A stretch of DNA of 64,000 nt from Gemmatimonadales bacterium (GCA_035306065.1 DATGOL010000029.1:5156-69155); one strand, 5' to 3'; numbered from the stretch's first letter, positions 26,599-37,163 are shown. A program made the numbers and translations. Notes: generated by a model not told the origin, from the letters alone.

Positions 26599-29277
26599 AT
26601 GCCGGCGAAGTCAGTGTACTTTTTCGGGAACGGCCGCGCGGAAGGCACGCGCGAGATGAAATCCGTACTTGGCGGCAAGGGAGCGAACCTCGCCGAGATG
26701 ACGAACCTCGGCGTGCCGGTTCCGCCGGGGTTCACCATATCAGCCCAGTGCTGCGTGACATACCTGGGCGACGGCTCCATTTCCCAGTCGCTGCGAGACG
26801 AAGTCTCGGCAAACGTCAGGCAGCTGGAGGAGACCACGGGGAGGCAGTTCGGCGACCCGGCCAGTCCGTTGCTCGTGTCCGTGCGCTCGGGTGCGGCCAT
26901 CTCGATGCCCGGCATGATGGAGACCATCCTGAACCTCGGGATGAATGACCGGACAGTGGAGGGGCTGGCCAGGCAGAGTGGAAGCGCCCGGTTTGCGTAC
27001 GACTCATACCGCCGCTTTCTGCAGATGTATGGCGACGTGGTACTCGGCGTGCCAGGCGGGCACTTCGAGAACCTCCTCTCTGCGCGGCGCCTCACGACTG
27101 GCGCTGCAACAGACGCCGAACTTTCCGAGGAAGATCTTCGCAACCTCGTGGAGGAGTTCAAGGCACTCGTAAGGCGCGAGACCGGCTCGTCCTTCCCCAT
27201 CGATCCGCGCGAGCAGCTATGGGGCGCCATCGAAGCGGTGTTCAGGTCCTGGACACTCAAGAAGGCCGTTGACTACCGTCGCGTAAACTCCATCCCGGAA
27301 GACCTCGGCACCGCAGTGAACGTGCAGGCCATGGTGTTCGGCAACGTTGGCGATGACTCGGGCACCGGTGTGGCTTTCACGAGGAATCCCTCAACCGGCG
27401 AACGAAAGTTCTACGGCGAGTTCCTGGTGAATGCCCAGGGCGAGGATGTGGTTGCAGGCATCAGGACACCGCTGGACATCGAGGACATGGCAACTGCCCT
27501 TCCCGACGCCTACACGCAGCTGCTCGAGACGCAGGCATTACTGGAATCGCACTTCCGTGACATGCAGGACCTGGAGTTCACGGTTGAGCACGGCCGCCTG
27601 TACCTCCTGCAGACGCGCACCGGAAAGCGCACGGCCGCGGCAGCAGTACGCATAGCCGGCGAGATGGTGGAGGAAGGTCTCATCGACCGCCGGACAGCCG
27701 TGCTTCGGGTACAGCCCGATCAGCTGCATCAGCTGCTGCACCCGATCATGGATCCTGCCAGCAACGCAACGCCGCTGTGCACCGGGCTGCCAGCCAGTCC
27801 CGGTGCTGCAAGCGGTGTGGCAGTTTTCGATCCTGACGTGGCCGAAGGCATGGCGTCTGATGCGCGTGCGGTGATTCTCGTTCGCGAGGAAACCACGCCG
27901 GAAGACTTCCATGGTATTGTTGCGGCGCGAGCAGTTCTCACCGCTCGCGGCGGTATGACGAGTCATGCCGCCGTTGTCGCGCGCGGAATGGGCAAGTGCG
28001 CTGTTGTGGGGGTACGTGACATACATGTGGATGTCGCCAACCGCTACTTCACCGTGGGAGACGAGAAGATATCCGAGGGGGACTGGATTACGCTCGACGG
28101 CGCCACCGGACGCGTGTTCAAGGGCGCGGTGCCCACCGTGCCCAGCGAAGTGGTGCAGGTAACCAGCGGAAAGCTGAAGGAAGCCGACGCACCCGTTTAC
28201 CGTGCCTACAACGAGATACTCGGCTGGGCCGACGGCGAGCGGAGGCTGCGCGTACGTGCAAATGCGGACACCCCCGCGGATGCGCGCATTGCACGAGGCT
28301 TCGGTGCCGAAGGGATCGGGCTGTGCAGAACGGAGCACATGTTCTTCGAGGGCGATCGCATAGGGGCAATGCGCGAGATGATCGTGGCGCGCGACGAGTC
28401 CGGAAGGCGGCGTGCACTGGACCGCCTGCTCCCGATTCAGCGCGCGGACTTCGAAGGGATCTTCGAGGCGATGACAGGTTGCCCGGTAACCATCAGGCTG
28501 CTGGACCCGCCGCTGCACGAGTTCCTTCCGCACGGTGGCGAGGAAGGCAAGCTGCTCGCGCGGCAACTCGGGCTCTCCCGGCAGGAGCTTTCACGAATCA
28601 TTGAATCACTCCGCGAAGTAAACCCCATGCTCGGCCACCGCGGATGCCGGCTCGGAATTACCTATCCGGAGATTACCGAGATGCAGTCGCGGGCAATCTT
28701 CCAGGCCGCCGTCGCCGCGCGGGCGCGCGGGGTGGACGTACAGCCCGAGATCATGGTGCCGCTCATCTCCACGGTAGAGGAATTCCGTCATCAGCGCGCG
28801 ATAATAGACCGCGTGGCTCAGGAGGTATTCGCGGCGGCGGCTTCCAGCCTGGACTACATGGTTGGAACGATGATCGAGCTGCCTCGTGCGGCGCTAACTG
28901 CGGCGTCCATTGCAAAGGAGGCCGAGTTCTTTTCGTTTGGCACGAATGACCTCACGCAGACTACGCTGGGTATGAGCCGGGATGACGCTGGCCGGTTCCT
29001 GCCGAGTTACGTGGAGCGGGGCATCCTGCGGGACGATCCTTTCCAGGTTCTGGACCGGGAGGGTGTAGGCCAGCTGGTGGAGATGGGTACGACGCGAGGG
29101 CGTTCCACGAGGCCGAAGTTGAAGGTGGGCATCTGCGGCGAGCATGGAGGAGAGCCGCAGTCGGTGGAGTTCTGCCACTCGATAGGGCTGGATTACGTGT
29201 CCTGTTCGCCGTTCAGGGTGCCGGTGGCGCGTCTGGCGGCGGCGCATGCGGCGCTCCGGGAGGAGTCTGCAGCTTAG
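26599..29277 (+). CDS. ppdK: pyruvate, phosphate dikinase
   Basis: GGKGANLAEM, the phosphohistidine loop GGMTSHAAVVARGMG, and the PEP-utilising C-terminus FFSFGTNDLTQ...CGEHGG. ATG 26599 is preceded by GGGAG 7 nt upstream; the TTG at 26596 in the track is one codon earlier. Confidence 0.95.
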   Translation: MPAKSVYFFGNGRAEGTREMKSVLGGKGANLAEMTNLGVPVPPGFTISAQCCVTYLGDGSISQSLRDEVSANVRQLEETTGRQFGDPASPLLVSVRSGAAISMPGMMETILNLGMNDRTVEGLARQSGSARFAYDSYRRFLQMYGDVVLGVPGGHFENLLSARRLTTGAATDAELSEEDLRNLVEEFKALVRRETGSSFPIDPREQLWGAIEAVFRSWTLKKAVDYRRVNSIPEDLGTAVNVQAMVFGNVGDDSGTGVAFTRNPSTGERKFYGEFLVNAQGEDVVAGIRTPLDIEDMATALPDAYTQLLETQALLESHFRDMQDLEFTVEHGRLYLLQTRTGKRTAAAAVRIAGEMVEEGLIDRRTAVLRVQPDQLHQLLHPIMDPASNATPLCTGLPASPGAASGVAVFDPDVAEGMASDARAVILVREETTPEDFHGIVAARAVLTARGGMTSHAAVVARGMGKCAVVGVRDIHVDVANRYFTVGDEKISEGDWITLDGATGRVFKGAVPTVPSEVVQVTSGKLKEADAPVYRAYNEILGWADGERRLRVRANADTPADARIARGFGAEGIGLCRTEHMFFEGDRIGAMREMIVARDESGRRRALDRLLPIQRADFEGIFEAMTGCPVTIRLLDPPLHEFLPHGGEEGKLLARQLGLSRQELSRIIESLREVNPMLGHRGCRLGITYPEITEMQSRAIFQAAVAARARGVDVQPEIMVPLISTVEEFRHQRAIIDRVAQEVFAAAASSLDYMVGTMIELPRAALTAASIAKEAEFFSFGTNDLTQTTLGMSRDDAGRFLPSYVERGILRDDPFQVLDREGVGQLVEMGTTRGRSTRPKLKVGICGEHGGEPQSVEFCHSIGLDYVSCSPFRVPVARLAAAHAALREESAA

Positions 29278-29346
29278 AAGCGGTACGCGTTGGAGAGGGG
29301 GATGAGATCGCCTGCGGCTGGCTGGTCATCCTGACGTGGGAGATCG

Positions 29347-29377
29347 AAAAGGGCCTGGCGAAATGCCAGGCCCTTTT
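29347..29377. terminator. bidirectional rho-independent terminator between ppdK and ssrA
   Basis: AAAA-GGGCCTGGC-GAAAT-GCCAGGCCC-TTTT. Perfect 9-bp GC-rich stem and 5-nt loop, with A-tract and T-tract flanks that serve both convergent transcripts. Confidence 0.7.
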
Positions 29378-29384
29378 CGATAAG

Positions 29385-29737
29385 TGGAGGCGGGGGGAAT
29401 CGAACCCCCGTCCGAGACAAGATTCACCACGATCACTACGTGCGTAGTCCACCGATTGAGGTCTCCGCGTGCTGGCCAGTGGACAGCCCACCCGCGAACA
29501 AGTTCACTGTTTTCTTACCCTCGAGCGGCGAACACGCCCTTGGGCCAGCCCGAATTTTCGATACTCAGTAGACCGCCTCGGGCGGGCTTCCTACTGAGCA
29601 AGGCGGTAACCCGGAGGTTACGCAGCCAGTGCCAGGTTGTTGTTGGCAGTTGTGTTTTCCCGAGTGTTTAACCAGGAACTCGAGCACCTGGGCACGCGAC
29701 CACGGTTGCACCAACCCCGTCGAAGCCAGTCGCCCCC
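29385..29737 (-). ncRNA. ssrA: transfer-messenger RNA (tmRNA)
   Basis: The minus-strand 5' end GGGGGCGACUGGCUUCGACGGGG pairs with the 3' end ...GGGGGUUCGAUUCCCCCCGCCUCCA (tRNA-Ala-like acceptor with G3:U, plus T-arm). The internal tag ORF is GCC AAC AAC AAC CUG GCA CUG GCU GCG UAA (29647-29618), giving ANNNLALAA. The terminal CCA is not fully encoded (genome reads ..CCUCCA-CUUA). Confidence 0.9.
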
Positions 29738-29755
29738 TTTACAGGGACTTGGATA

Positions 29756-29784
29756 AATATAGCACTGCAAGGTTACAAACTCAA
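29756..29784 (-). promoter_or_regulatory. sigma70-like promoter for ssrA
   Basis: The minus strand reads TTGAGT-N17-TATATT. The -10 element ends 18 nt upstream of the mature tmRNA 5' end, consistent with a processed precursor. Confidence 0.5.
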
Positions 29785-29810
29785 CCTGCTAAAACAGGTT
29801 GGAGCATACT

Positions 29811-30623
29811 CTAAGTGCGCGCTGCAACCTCTTTAACCACCGATGTTTGCGTTACTCCACCTCTAGCTGACTCCACGGCCAGCACCACCCTCGCAGCAGC
29901 CACGCCCGCACCGAAGCCATTATCGATGTTCACCACGGAAAGACCCGCCGCACACGAACTGAGCATCGCCAGCAGCGCTGACAACCCGCCCATGCTCGCG
30001 CCGTAGCCTGTACTCGTCGGCACAGCTATCACCGGACAACTCGCGATCCCTCCAACTACCGATGCCAGTGCACCGTCCATCCCGGCTACAACCACCATCG
30101 CGGTAGCCTGCTGGATGTGAGGGAGGTGCGGTGTTAGTCGGTGCACTCCCGCCACCCCCACGTCGGCCACCAGGTCAGCAGACACCCCGTACGCCGCGAG
30201 AGTCACCATCGCCTCCTGAGCCACCGGCAGGTCGGACGTACCCGCAGTCACAACCAGAACCCGCCCGGCGGTGACGGGTCTCGCCTCCGTGGGTTCGATC
30301 CAGCCCGTGCGGGCCGCCTCGTGCAGGGCCATTTGCGGGAACGAGTTCCGAAGCGCTGCACGCTGAGCATCGTCCAGGCGCGTGATGAGCACGCCCTGCC
30401 CCGCCGCCGCCAGCCGCTCCACGATGCTCAGCAGCTGCGCCTCAGTCTTGCCAGAGGCCAGCACAACCTCCGGAAAGCCCTGCCGCAACGCACGATGCAT
30501 GTCGAGAGTGGCCTCGCCCAGCTCCGCCACCGGTGCGCCTGCCAGTTGAGCCATGGCCGCCTCAGCAGGCACGTCACCCCGGGCGACGGCCTGCAGAAGC
30601 TCCATGGCCCTCGCGCTGTTCAC
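29811..30623 (-). CDS. larB: LarB-like / PurE-related (NCAIR-mutase-like) protein
   Basis: 270 aa. The N-terminal domain with GFPEVVLASGKT is followed by a PurE-like fold (VLVVTAGTSDLPVA.EA...L...G......DVGVAG.HRL...VVVAGMDGALASVVGG....PVIAVPTS.GYG). Start is GTG 30623 (GTGA overlap with the dusB stop) or ATG 30605. Confidence 0.7.
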   Translation of the reverse strand: MNSARAMELLQAVARGDVPAEAAMAQLAGAPVAELGEATLDMHRALRQGFPEVVLASGKTEAQLLSIVERLAAAGQGVLITRLDDAQRAALRNSFPQMALHEAARTGWIEPTEARPVTAGRVLVVTAGTSDLPVAQEAMVTLAAYGVSADLVADVGVAGVHRLTPHLPHIQQATAMVVVAGMDGALASVVGGIASCPVIAVPTSTGYGASMGGLSALLAMLSSCAAGLSVVNIDNGFGAGVAAARVVLAVESARGGVTQTSVVKEVAART

Positions 30624-31615
30624 GCGCCGGCCATGACAAGCTCGCCGGACGCCAGGTAGTCGGAGAAGATTCCCTCCACTTCGCTGAAGCTGTTCACGGC
30701 GTGCAACCGGCGGCGCAGCTGGGCTGAATTGGGCAGTCCCTTCACATACCAGCCCAGGTGCTTGCGGAATTCCACAGCGGCGCCTTCAGGGTCAGCCTCG
30801 TAATCCTGAACCATGCGAGCATGTTCGAGAGCGATCGCGAACCGCTCCTCAACGCCCGGGGATTCCGGAACCGGCGTACCATCAAGAAGCGCGCGTGCCT
30901 GACGAAACATCCAGGGCTGTCCGAAGGAGCCCCGTCCCACCATCACGCCGGCACAACCTGTCTCGTTATGCATCCGCAGCACGTCTTCCGGCGTCTTGAT
31001 GTCGCCGTTTCCGATTACCGGGATGTCCAGAGCCTCCACCATGCGGGCAATCTCTTCCCAGCGCGCACTTCCGGAGTACATCTGGGTGCGGGTGCGCGGA
31101 TGCAAAGCCAGCGCCTTCGCGCCGGCATCCTGACAACGCAGGCCGATGGTTACCGGGTCGCGCATCTCCTCGTTCCAACCTGAACGCACCTTCACGGTAA
31201 CCGGCAGATGCGTACCATCAGCCACTGCGCGAATCACCCGCTGCACGAGGTCCAGGTCGCGGAGGCAGCCGGAGCCACCATTGCGCTTCACCACCTTCTT
31301 TACCGGACAACCGAAGTTGATGTCCACGAAGTCCGGCTGGAAGACCTCAGTAACCACCATGGCAGCTTCGCGCATCCCGTCCGGATCGGCACCGAAAATC
31401 TGGACACCGATCGGGTGCTCGCTCGCGTCGAAGCGGAGTTTGCTCATGGTAGCCGCATTCTCGCGGCGAATGCCTTCTGCCGAGAGGAATTCCGTTACCA
31501 CCACGTCGGCGCCATACCGGCGGCAGAGACGCCTGAATGGCGACTCAGACACGCCTGCCATGGGTGCCAGAAAAACCGGGATTACAGCCCCGTTGGTGGG
31601 ATATGGGAAGCGCAT
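30620..31615 (-). CDS. dusB: tRNA-dihydrouridine synthase
   Basis: LAPMAGVSESPFRRLCRRYGA...VTEF.SAEG...QIFG.DP......A.......DINFGCP..KV......G..L are Dus family motifs; 331 aa. Confidence 0.88.
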   Translation of the reverse strand: MRFPYPTNGAVIPVFLAPMAGVSESPFRRLCRRYGADVVVTEFLSAEGIRRENAATMSKLRFDASEHPIGVQIFGADPDGMREAAMVVTEVFQPDFVDINFGCPVKKVVKRNGGSGCLRDLDLVQRVIRAVADGTHLPVTVKVRSGWNEEMRDPVTIGLRCQDAGAKALALHPRTRTQMYSGSARWEEIARMVEALDIPVIGNGDIKTPEDVLRMHNETGCAGVMVGRGSFGQPWMFRQARALLDGTPVPESPGVEERFAIALEHARMVQDYEADPEGAAVEFRKHLGWYVKGLPNSAQLRRRLHAVNSFSEVEGIFSDYLASGELVMAGA

Positions 31616-31659
31616 CCCCGGAAGCTAACCCGCGCTGAAAAGCGCTGCAACGCTAAGGT

Positions 31660-31688
31660 TTGACAGCACTTGCGGCTCCGGCTAGCTT
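31660..31688 (+). promoter_or_regulatory. sigma70-like promoter for ptsN
   Basis: TTGACA-N17-TAGCTT, 58 nt upstream of the ptsN ATG, in the 130-bp divergent dusB/ptsN intergenic region. Confidence 0.4.
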
Positions 31689-31745
31689 GCGCAGTCGCGC
31701 GCGCCCGGCTGGGCTGCCGCCTTACTGTCATACACTGAGGATCCG

Positions 31746-32198
31746 ATGGAACTACGCGAGTTCTTCTCCGAAGATGCCATCAAGCTGGACCTGGAAGGCT
31801 CTACGAAAGATGAGATTCTCAAGGAGCTGATCTCCCTGCTCAAGCTCGATGAGAAGAGCGAGGGGATGCTGTTCAAGATGCTCAAGCGACGTGAGAACCT
31901 TGGCTCTACCGGCATCGGCAGGGGTATCGCAATTCCTCACTGCCGCTCTCTCGTTGTCAGCAAGCTCCGGGTGGCGTTCGGCCGCAAGACGGGCGGTGTG
32001 GATTTCAAGGCAATAGACGAGAAGCCCGTAAACTTTTTCTTCCTGATTGTCGCTCCACCGCTGGAGGTATCGAATCAATACCTGCCAGTGCTCGGCAAGA
32101 TTGCGCAGTTCAGCAAGGAGCCGGACATTCCCGACCGATTGCTGAAAATCACGCACCCTTCGCAATTCATGGGATTGCTCGAGGAGAAAGGGGTATAG
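31746..32198 (+). CDS. ptsN: PTS IIA-like nitrogen-regulatory protein (EIIA-Ntr)
   Basis: 150 aa. ...RE.LGSTGIGRGIAIPHCRS has the phosphorylatable His in the GIAIPH motif. ...VNFFFLIVAP is typical of EIIA-Ntr/fructose-type IIA. Confidence 0.8.
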   Translation: MELREFFSEDAIKLDLEGSTKDEILKELISLLKLDEKSEGMLFKMLKRRENLGSTGIGRGIAIPHCRSLVVSKLRVAFGRKTGGVDFKAIDEKPVNFFFLIVAPPLEVSNQYLPVLGKIAQFSKEPDIPDRLLKITHPSQFMGLLEEKGV

Positions 32199-32203
32199 CG
32201 AAT

Positions 32204-32239
32204 ACGGCGGGCCGACATGAGAATGTCAGCCCGCCGTTT
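32204..32239. terminator. hairpin terminator between ptsN and guaA (convergent)
   Basis: ACGGCGGGCCGACAT-GAGA-ATGTCAGCCCGCCGT followed by TTT. The 15-bp stem has one mismatch. Confidence 0.6.
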
Positions 32240-32313
32240 CACTTCCGTCAGTGCCCGAACCGGACTCTCGCTCGGCCAACTTCCCGCTTGCTCTCAACTT
32301 GCGGCGAAGAACA

Positions 32314-33855
32314 TCACTCCCACTCGATCGTAGCCGGGGGCTTTGAACTCACGTCGTACACCACGCGGTTCACGCCGTCTACCTCATTGATGATGCGGTT
32401 GGACATCCGCGCCAGCACATCCGGCGGATACGCGAACCAGTCGGCCGTCATACCGTCCGTGCTCGTAACCGCGCGCAGGGCAACCACGTTGTCGTAAGTG
32501 CGCTCATCTCCCATGACTCCCACAGAGCGCACAGGAAGCAGCACGGCAAAAGCCTGCCAGATGTCGTCATACAGGCCGGCGTTGCGAATCTCTTCCAGGT
32601 AGATGGCGTCTGCCTGACGAAGCACGTCCAACGCCTCACGCGTCACCTCGCCGAGTACGCGAATCGCCAGCCCGGGACCGGGGAACGGGTGGCGACCCAC
32701 CATCTCCTCCGGCAGCGCCAGTTCGCGGCCCACGTTGCGCACTTCATCCTTGAAGAGCTCGCGAAGGGGCTCGATCAGCTTGAACTTCATGTCCGGCTTC
32801 AATCCGCCCACGTTATGGTGCGTCTTGATGGTGACGGATGGGCCACCGGTGGCCGACACACTCTCGATGACGTCCGGGTACAGGGTTCCCTGCACCAGGA
32901 AGTCCACGTCATCCCCCTCCACCAGCGCGGCTTCCTCGAACACGTCAATGAACGTGTGCCCAATGCGCCGGCGCTTTTCCTCGGGGTCCGAAACACCTGC
33001 AAGTGCGGCAAGAAACCGCTCCTCGGCGTCCACCACTACGAGCTTGATCCCCAAATGCTGCCTGAATGTGCGCTCCACCTGATCCCTTTCATGCAGACGC
33101 AGCAGGCCGGTGTCCACGAAGATGCAGGTTAGCTGATCACCGATTGCGCGATGCACCAGCGCTGCTGCCACCGATGAATCCACACCGCCTGACAAGCCGC
33201 ATATCACGCGTCGGTCACCAACCACTTCACGGATGGACGCAATGTGATCCTCGACGAATGCACCCGGCGTCCACGTGGGCTTCACACCGCACACGGTGAA
33301 GAGGAAGTTTGCAATGATCTCCGATCCGCGGGCGGTATGTGCCACCTCCGGGTGGAACTGCACGCCGTATACGGGCTTGCTCTCGTGCCTTATGGCAGCC
33401 ACTGGAGTGTTGGCTGAGCTTGCGATCACGCGGTAGCCAGATGGCGCGGTGTCAACGTGGTCGCCGTGGCTCATCCATACGGGCGTGCGCTCCGCCTGGT
33501 CAAAGCCGGCAAAGATTCCCTCGCTCTCCTCGATCACCAGGTCTGCGCGTCCATACTCCCTGCGACCTGCGCGAGCAACGGCACCGCCTTCCAGGTGCGC
33601 AATGAGCTGCATGCCGTAGCAGATGGCCAGAATCGGCGCCACGTCCAGCAGTTGAAGGTCTGCAGTCGGAACGTCATCCCCGTATACACTGTTTGGCCCA
33701 CCGCTCAGGATGAGGCCGTCCGGCTGCCAGTCTCGAATCCAGTCTAGGGTTCGCGTTGGCGGATGGATCTCGCAGTACACCCGCGCCTCACGAACGCGTC
33801 GGGCAATCAGCTGCGTGTATTGAGATCCGAAGTCAATTATGAGGATGCGGTTCAT
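32314..33855 (-). CDS. guaA: GMP synthase (glutamine-hydrolysing)
   Basis: [23 protein letters not shown]...ICYGMQL (GATase Cys)...[10 protein letters not shown] (PP-loop)...C-terminal [12 protein letters not shown] 33855 was chosen; the 11-codon track extension was trimmed. Confidence 0.95.
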   Translation of the reverse strand: MNRILIIDFGSQYTQLIARRVREARVYCEIHPPTRTLDWIRDWQPDGLILSGGPNSVYGDDVPTADLQLLDVAPILAICYGMQLIAHLEGGAVARAGRREYGRADLVIEESEGIFAGFDQAERTPVWMSHGDHVDTAPSGYRVIASSANTPVAAIRHESKPVYGVQFHPEVAHTARGSEIIANFLFTVCGVKPTWTPGAFVEDHIASIREVVGDRRVICGLSGGVDSSVAAALVHRAIGDQLTCIFVDTGLLRLHERDQVERTFRQHLGIKLVVVDAEERFLAALAGVSDPEEKRRRIGHTFIDVFEEAALVEGDDVDFLVQGTLYPDVIESVSATGGPSVTIKTHHNVGGLKPDMKFKLIEPLRELFKDEVRNVGRELALPEEMVGRHPFPGPGLAIRVLGEVTREALDVLRQADAIYLEEIRNAGLYDDIWQAFAVLLPVRSVGVMGDERTYDNVVALRAVTSTDGMTADWFAYPPDVLARMSNRIINEVDGVNRVVYDVSSKPPATIEWE

Positions 33856-33875
33856 TTTTTGCGTTATGCGGGCGT

Positions 33876-34385
33876 TCAGAAGCGCCATTGATCACCGGGG
33901 AGGGTGATGAACTCAACCTCCCTGGTTACCAGGTCCAGGATTGCAGCCGAGGGTATGCCGTTCAGCCAGCCGCATGCCTCTCCCGGGTTAACGAGCAGCG
34001 TGCCCCCCTGTTCGCTCCGGTCCTGAACGTGGGTTGCGCCGTGTACCACGATGCCGTGTGACTCAATCGATCTGGAGGAGCTGTCTGACAGATCATGCGT
34101 CAGCAGTATGCGGGTTCCGGCCACCTCAACGCTGTGCGGCGCGTCGTAGAGTTCCACCCCGATCCCGCGCGCGGCTTCTGCCGCAAGGCCGCCGCGGTCA
34201 CCGTCGCTTCGTCCGAACACTCCCACCAGGGAAATCTGTGCGTCGAGCACAGGCTGCATTGCAAACGGTGCGCACCAGTCGCCTGCATGAACGATCATCT
34301 GCACACCACCTTCCTGCATGCGGGCGATCAGCGCGGCGAGCGCCGGCAGGCGATCATGCGAATCAGCCAGTAGACCAACTCGCAT
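33876..34385 (-). CDS. YfcE/MJ0936-family metallophosphoesterase
   Basis: [11 protein letters not shown]...VHAGDW...GVFGRSDGD...LTHD...VHGATH are calcineurin-like phosphoesterase metal-ligand motifs. ATG 34385 was chosen. Confidence 0.8.
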   Translation of the reverse strand: MRVGLLADSHDRLPALAALIARMQEGGVQMIVHAGDWCAPFAMQPVLDAQISLVGVFGRSDGDRGGLAAEAARGIGVELYDAPHSVEVAGTRILLTHDLSDSSSRSIESHGIVVHGATHVQDRSEQGGTLLVNPGEACGWLNGIPSAAILDLVTREVEFITLPGDQWRF

Positions 34386-34428
34386 CAGGGAATGCTCCTG
34401 CAGCCGGCAATCACATATGAAGCGAGCA

Positions 34429-35712
34429 TCAGGCACTCCTCCAGTCGGGTTGAACGCTCTCCCCGCGAATCAGGTCGTCATAGGTCTCGCGCTCACGAAC
34501 GATCGCCCAGCTGTCACCGTCCACCAGCACCTCTGCCACACGCGGACGGGCGTTGTAGTTGGATGACATTACAAAGCCGTAGGCGCCGGCGTTATGCACC
34601 ACCACCAGCTCACCGGGCTGTACCGCCGGCAATTCACGATCCAGCGCGAGAAAATCGCCGGACTCGCAAACGGGGCCCACGAGATCGGCCCTCACGACGT
34701 CCGTACTCGCCCCAACTGCCGATACTCCGTGGTACGCATCGTAGTGGGAGGGGCGGAGCAACTCGGTCATGCCTCCATCCACGATCACATATTCCTTGCC
34801 TCCGGAGCGCTTGCGCTGAAGCACGCGCGTGAGCAGCAATCCGGCCTCAGCAGCGATGTAGCGACCGGGCTCGATGATCAGCTTGAGGTTGGTGCCCTGC
34901 ACGACACCTTTCACCAGTTCCGCATAACGCTCCAGGTGCAGCTCGGGATCACCGGGCGCATACGGTACAGCAAGACCGCCTCCAAGATCCAGAAGGCGCA
35001 ATCCTGTGTGACCATCCTCTCGCAGCCCCTGAAGCAGTTCCCGGATGCGATCGATCCCCGCTTCCAAAGCATCGAAAGCAGAGAGCTGGGATCCAACATG
35101 CATGTCGAGCCCAACCAGCTCCACAGCTGGAAGCGACCGGGCAAGCTGCGCAACGTGCAAAACTTCGTCATAGGGAATGCCGAACTTGTCTCCGCGACGC
35201 CCGGTGCCGATGTAGGAATGTGCGGTTTCCACATCGACTTCGGGGTTTACACGAAGAGCCACGCTCGCCGTCGCTCCGCGCTTTGCCGCAATCTCCGAGA
35301 TAAGCCTCAGTTCATGCTCCGACTCGACATTGAACAGCAGCACCCCGGCATCGAGTGCTTCGCCAATCTCGGCAGCAGACTTTCCCACTCCGCTGAATAC
35401 GACGTCAGATCCGCTGAACCCAGCCCTGAGTGAGCGAAACAACTCACCGCCTGACACGATATCCACGCCGGCCCCAAGCGAGCGCATAAGCGACAGTATT
35501 GCCAGGTTACCATTCGCCTTCACGCTATAGTGAATGCGATGGGGCACGCCAGCCAGGGCAGTCGTGAGGCGCTGGTACCGTTCGCGAATCACCGCGCTCG
35601 AATAGACGAACGCGGGGGTTCCCACTACCTCCGCAAGTGCTTCCAGCGATACTCCCTCCACCGAGGGAGTCTGCGTCAGGCGATCATCCACGCTCAGTAC
35701 GCCCGTGCCCAT
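34429..35712 (-). CDS. lysA: diaminopimelate decarboxylase
   Basis: GTPAFVYS...HYSVKAN (PLP Lys)...GLDMHVGSQ...LDLGGGL...EPGR...CESGD. ATG 35712 overlaps the proS 3' end by 19 nt. Confidence 0.92.
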   Translation of the reverse strand: MGTGVLSVDDRLTQTPSVEGVSLEALAEVVGTPAFVYSSAVIRERYQRLTTALAGVPHRIHYSVKANGNLAILSLMRSLGAGVDIVSGGELFRSLRAGFSGSDVVFSGVGKSAAEIGEALDAGVLLFNVESEHELRLISEIAAKRGATASVALRVNPEVDVETAHSYIGTGRRGDKFGIPYDEVLHVAQLARSLPAVELVGLDMHVGSQLSAFDALEAGIDRIRELLQGLREDGHTGLRLLDLGGGLAVPYAPGDPELHLERYAELVKGVVQGTNLKLIIEPGRYIAAEAGLLLTRVLQRKRSGGKEYVIVDGGMTELLRPSHYDAYHGVSAVGASTDVVRADLVGPVCESGDFLALDRELPAVQPGELVVVHNAGAYGFVMSSNYNARPRVAEVLVDGDSWAIVRERETYDDLIRGESVQPDWRSA

Positions 35713-37163
35713 ACAACCTCGTGCTTCGCGGGCTCGCCGGTAACCATGCACCGGGTTGCCGGCTCGGCAGAGCGGAACTCTTCATCGGGTATGACGCGTA
35801 TCGTTGCCTTCGTCTCTTCCTTGACCTGGGCCTCCACTGCCGGATCACCATTCCAGCCGGCGTAAACGAAGCCGCCCTTGTCCTCGATGATCTCCCGGAA
35901 TCTATCGTACGTGATCTCGCCACGGTGGCTGTTTGCCTCACGACGATCGCGGGCCACCACCAGCATGTCGCGCTGCATCGCAGCCAGCATGTCTGCAATG
36001 TCCTCACCGATCGTGTCGAGAGACACGGGCCGCTTCTCCCTGGTGTCACGCCTCACGATCACGGCCTGGTTGTTGTCCAGGTCACGCGGACCGATCTCGA
36101 TTCGCACCGGTACGCCACGAAGCTCCCACTCGTAGTACTTGGCGCCAGGCTTCATGCCGTCACGCGCATCCAGGTGCACACGCAGACGGTCCGGCTCCCT
36201 GCGCTCCCAGTCCATCAGGTTGGTCTTCAGGCGCTCAGCCGCTTCGAGCACGCGAGCCCGCTCGTCGTCCTTCCGGTAGATCGGCACTATCACAACTTCG
36301 ATCGGCGCGAGGAGCGGTGGCGTAACCATACCGACGTCGTCTCCATGCGTCATGATCAGGCCGCCGATCATTCTGGTGGACACACCCCAGCTTGTGTTCC
36401 AGGCGTGCGCCATTCCGCCCGACTCCGTCTGGAACTCCAGGCCGAACGCCTTGGAAAAGTTCTGCCCCAGGTTATGCGACGTGCCTGCCTGCAGTGCGCG
36501 ATTGTCCTGCATCAGCGCCTCACATGCATACGTGCGCAGTGCTCCGGCAAATCTCTCGGAGTCCGTTTTCTGGCCCGTGATCACGGGCATGGACATCCAG
36601 CCTTCCATGAAGTCCCGGTACACGCCGAGCATGGTGCGTGCTTCCTCTTCTGCCTCGTCATGCGTTGCGTGAGCCGTATGGCCTTCCTGCCAGAGGAACT
36701 CCATGGTGCGAAGGAACAGCCGCGTACGCATCTCCCAGCGCACTACGTTCGCCCACTGGTTGTACAGCAGCGGCAGATCCCGGTAGCTCTGCACCCACTT
36801 CGCAAAGCTCGAATAGATGATTGTCTCGGAAGTGGGCCGCACCACCAGTGGCTCTTCCAGTTCCTTGCCGCCGCCGTGGGTAACCACGGCGGTTTCGGGA
36901 GCAAACCCCTCCACGTGCTCAGCTTCCTTCTGCAGGAAGCTCTGCGGGATGAAGAGCGGGAAGTAGGCGTTCACATGCCCGGTGGCCTTGAACATGTCAT
37001 CCAGAGCGCGCTGCATGCGCTCCCAGATGCCATAGCCGTTGGGACGAATCACCATGCAGCCGCGAACGGCCGAGTAGTCCGCGAGCTCCGCACGCAGCAC
37101 GACTTCGTTATACCAAGCGCTGAAGTCCTCGTTTCGGGGAGTCAGCTTCCTGTCGTCACTCAT
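35694..37163 (-). CDS. proS: proline--tRNA ligase (archaeal/eukaryote-like short type without insertion editing domain)
   Basis: [32 protein letters not shown]...class II motifs (FRDE-like [23 protein letters not shown]). The C-terminal domain ends in ...WARAY. ATG 37163 lies 5 nt after the hisS stop. Confidence 0.93.
   Translation of the reverse strand: MSDDRKLTPRNEDFSAWYNEVVLRAELADYSAVRGCMVIRPNGYGIWERMQRALDDMFKATGHVNAYFPLFIPQSFLQKEAEHVEGFAPETAVVTHGGGKELEEPLVVRPTSETIIYSSFAKWVQSYRDLPLLYNQWANVVRWEMRTRLFLRTMEFLWQEGHTAHATHDEAEEEARTMLGVYRDFMEGWMSMPVITGQKTDSERFAGALRTYACEALMQDNRALQAGTSHNLGQNFSKAFGLEFQTESGGMAHAWNTSWGVSTRMIGGLIMTHGDDVGMVTPPLLAPIEVVIVPIYRKDDERARVLEAAERLKTNLMDWERREPDRLRVHLDARDGMKPGAKYYEWELRGVPVRIEIGPRDLDNNQAVIVRRDTREKRPVSLDTIGEDIADMLAAMQRDMLVVARDRREANSHRGEITYDRFREIIEDKGGFVYAGWNGDPAVEAQVKEETKATIRVIPDEEFRSAEPATRCMVTGEPAKHEVVWARAY

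Noticed and set aside
34386-35760. Riboswitch or leader upstream of lysA; pur, pan, fol and trp genes were checked similarly
   Set aside because: These genes start by overlapping or directly abutting the preceding gene, leaving no room for a riboswitch. No T-box, lysine, purine, ZTP or THF-like conserved cores were noticed in the few real intergenic regions.
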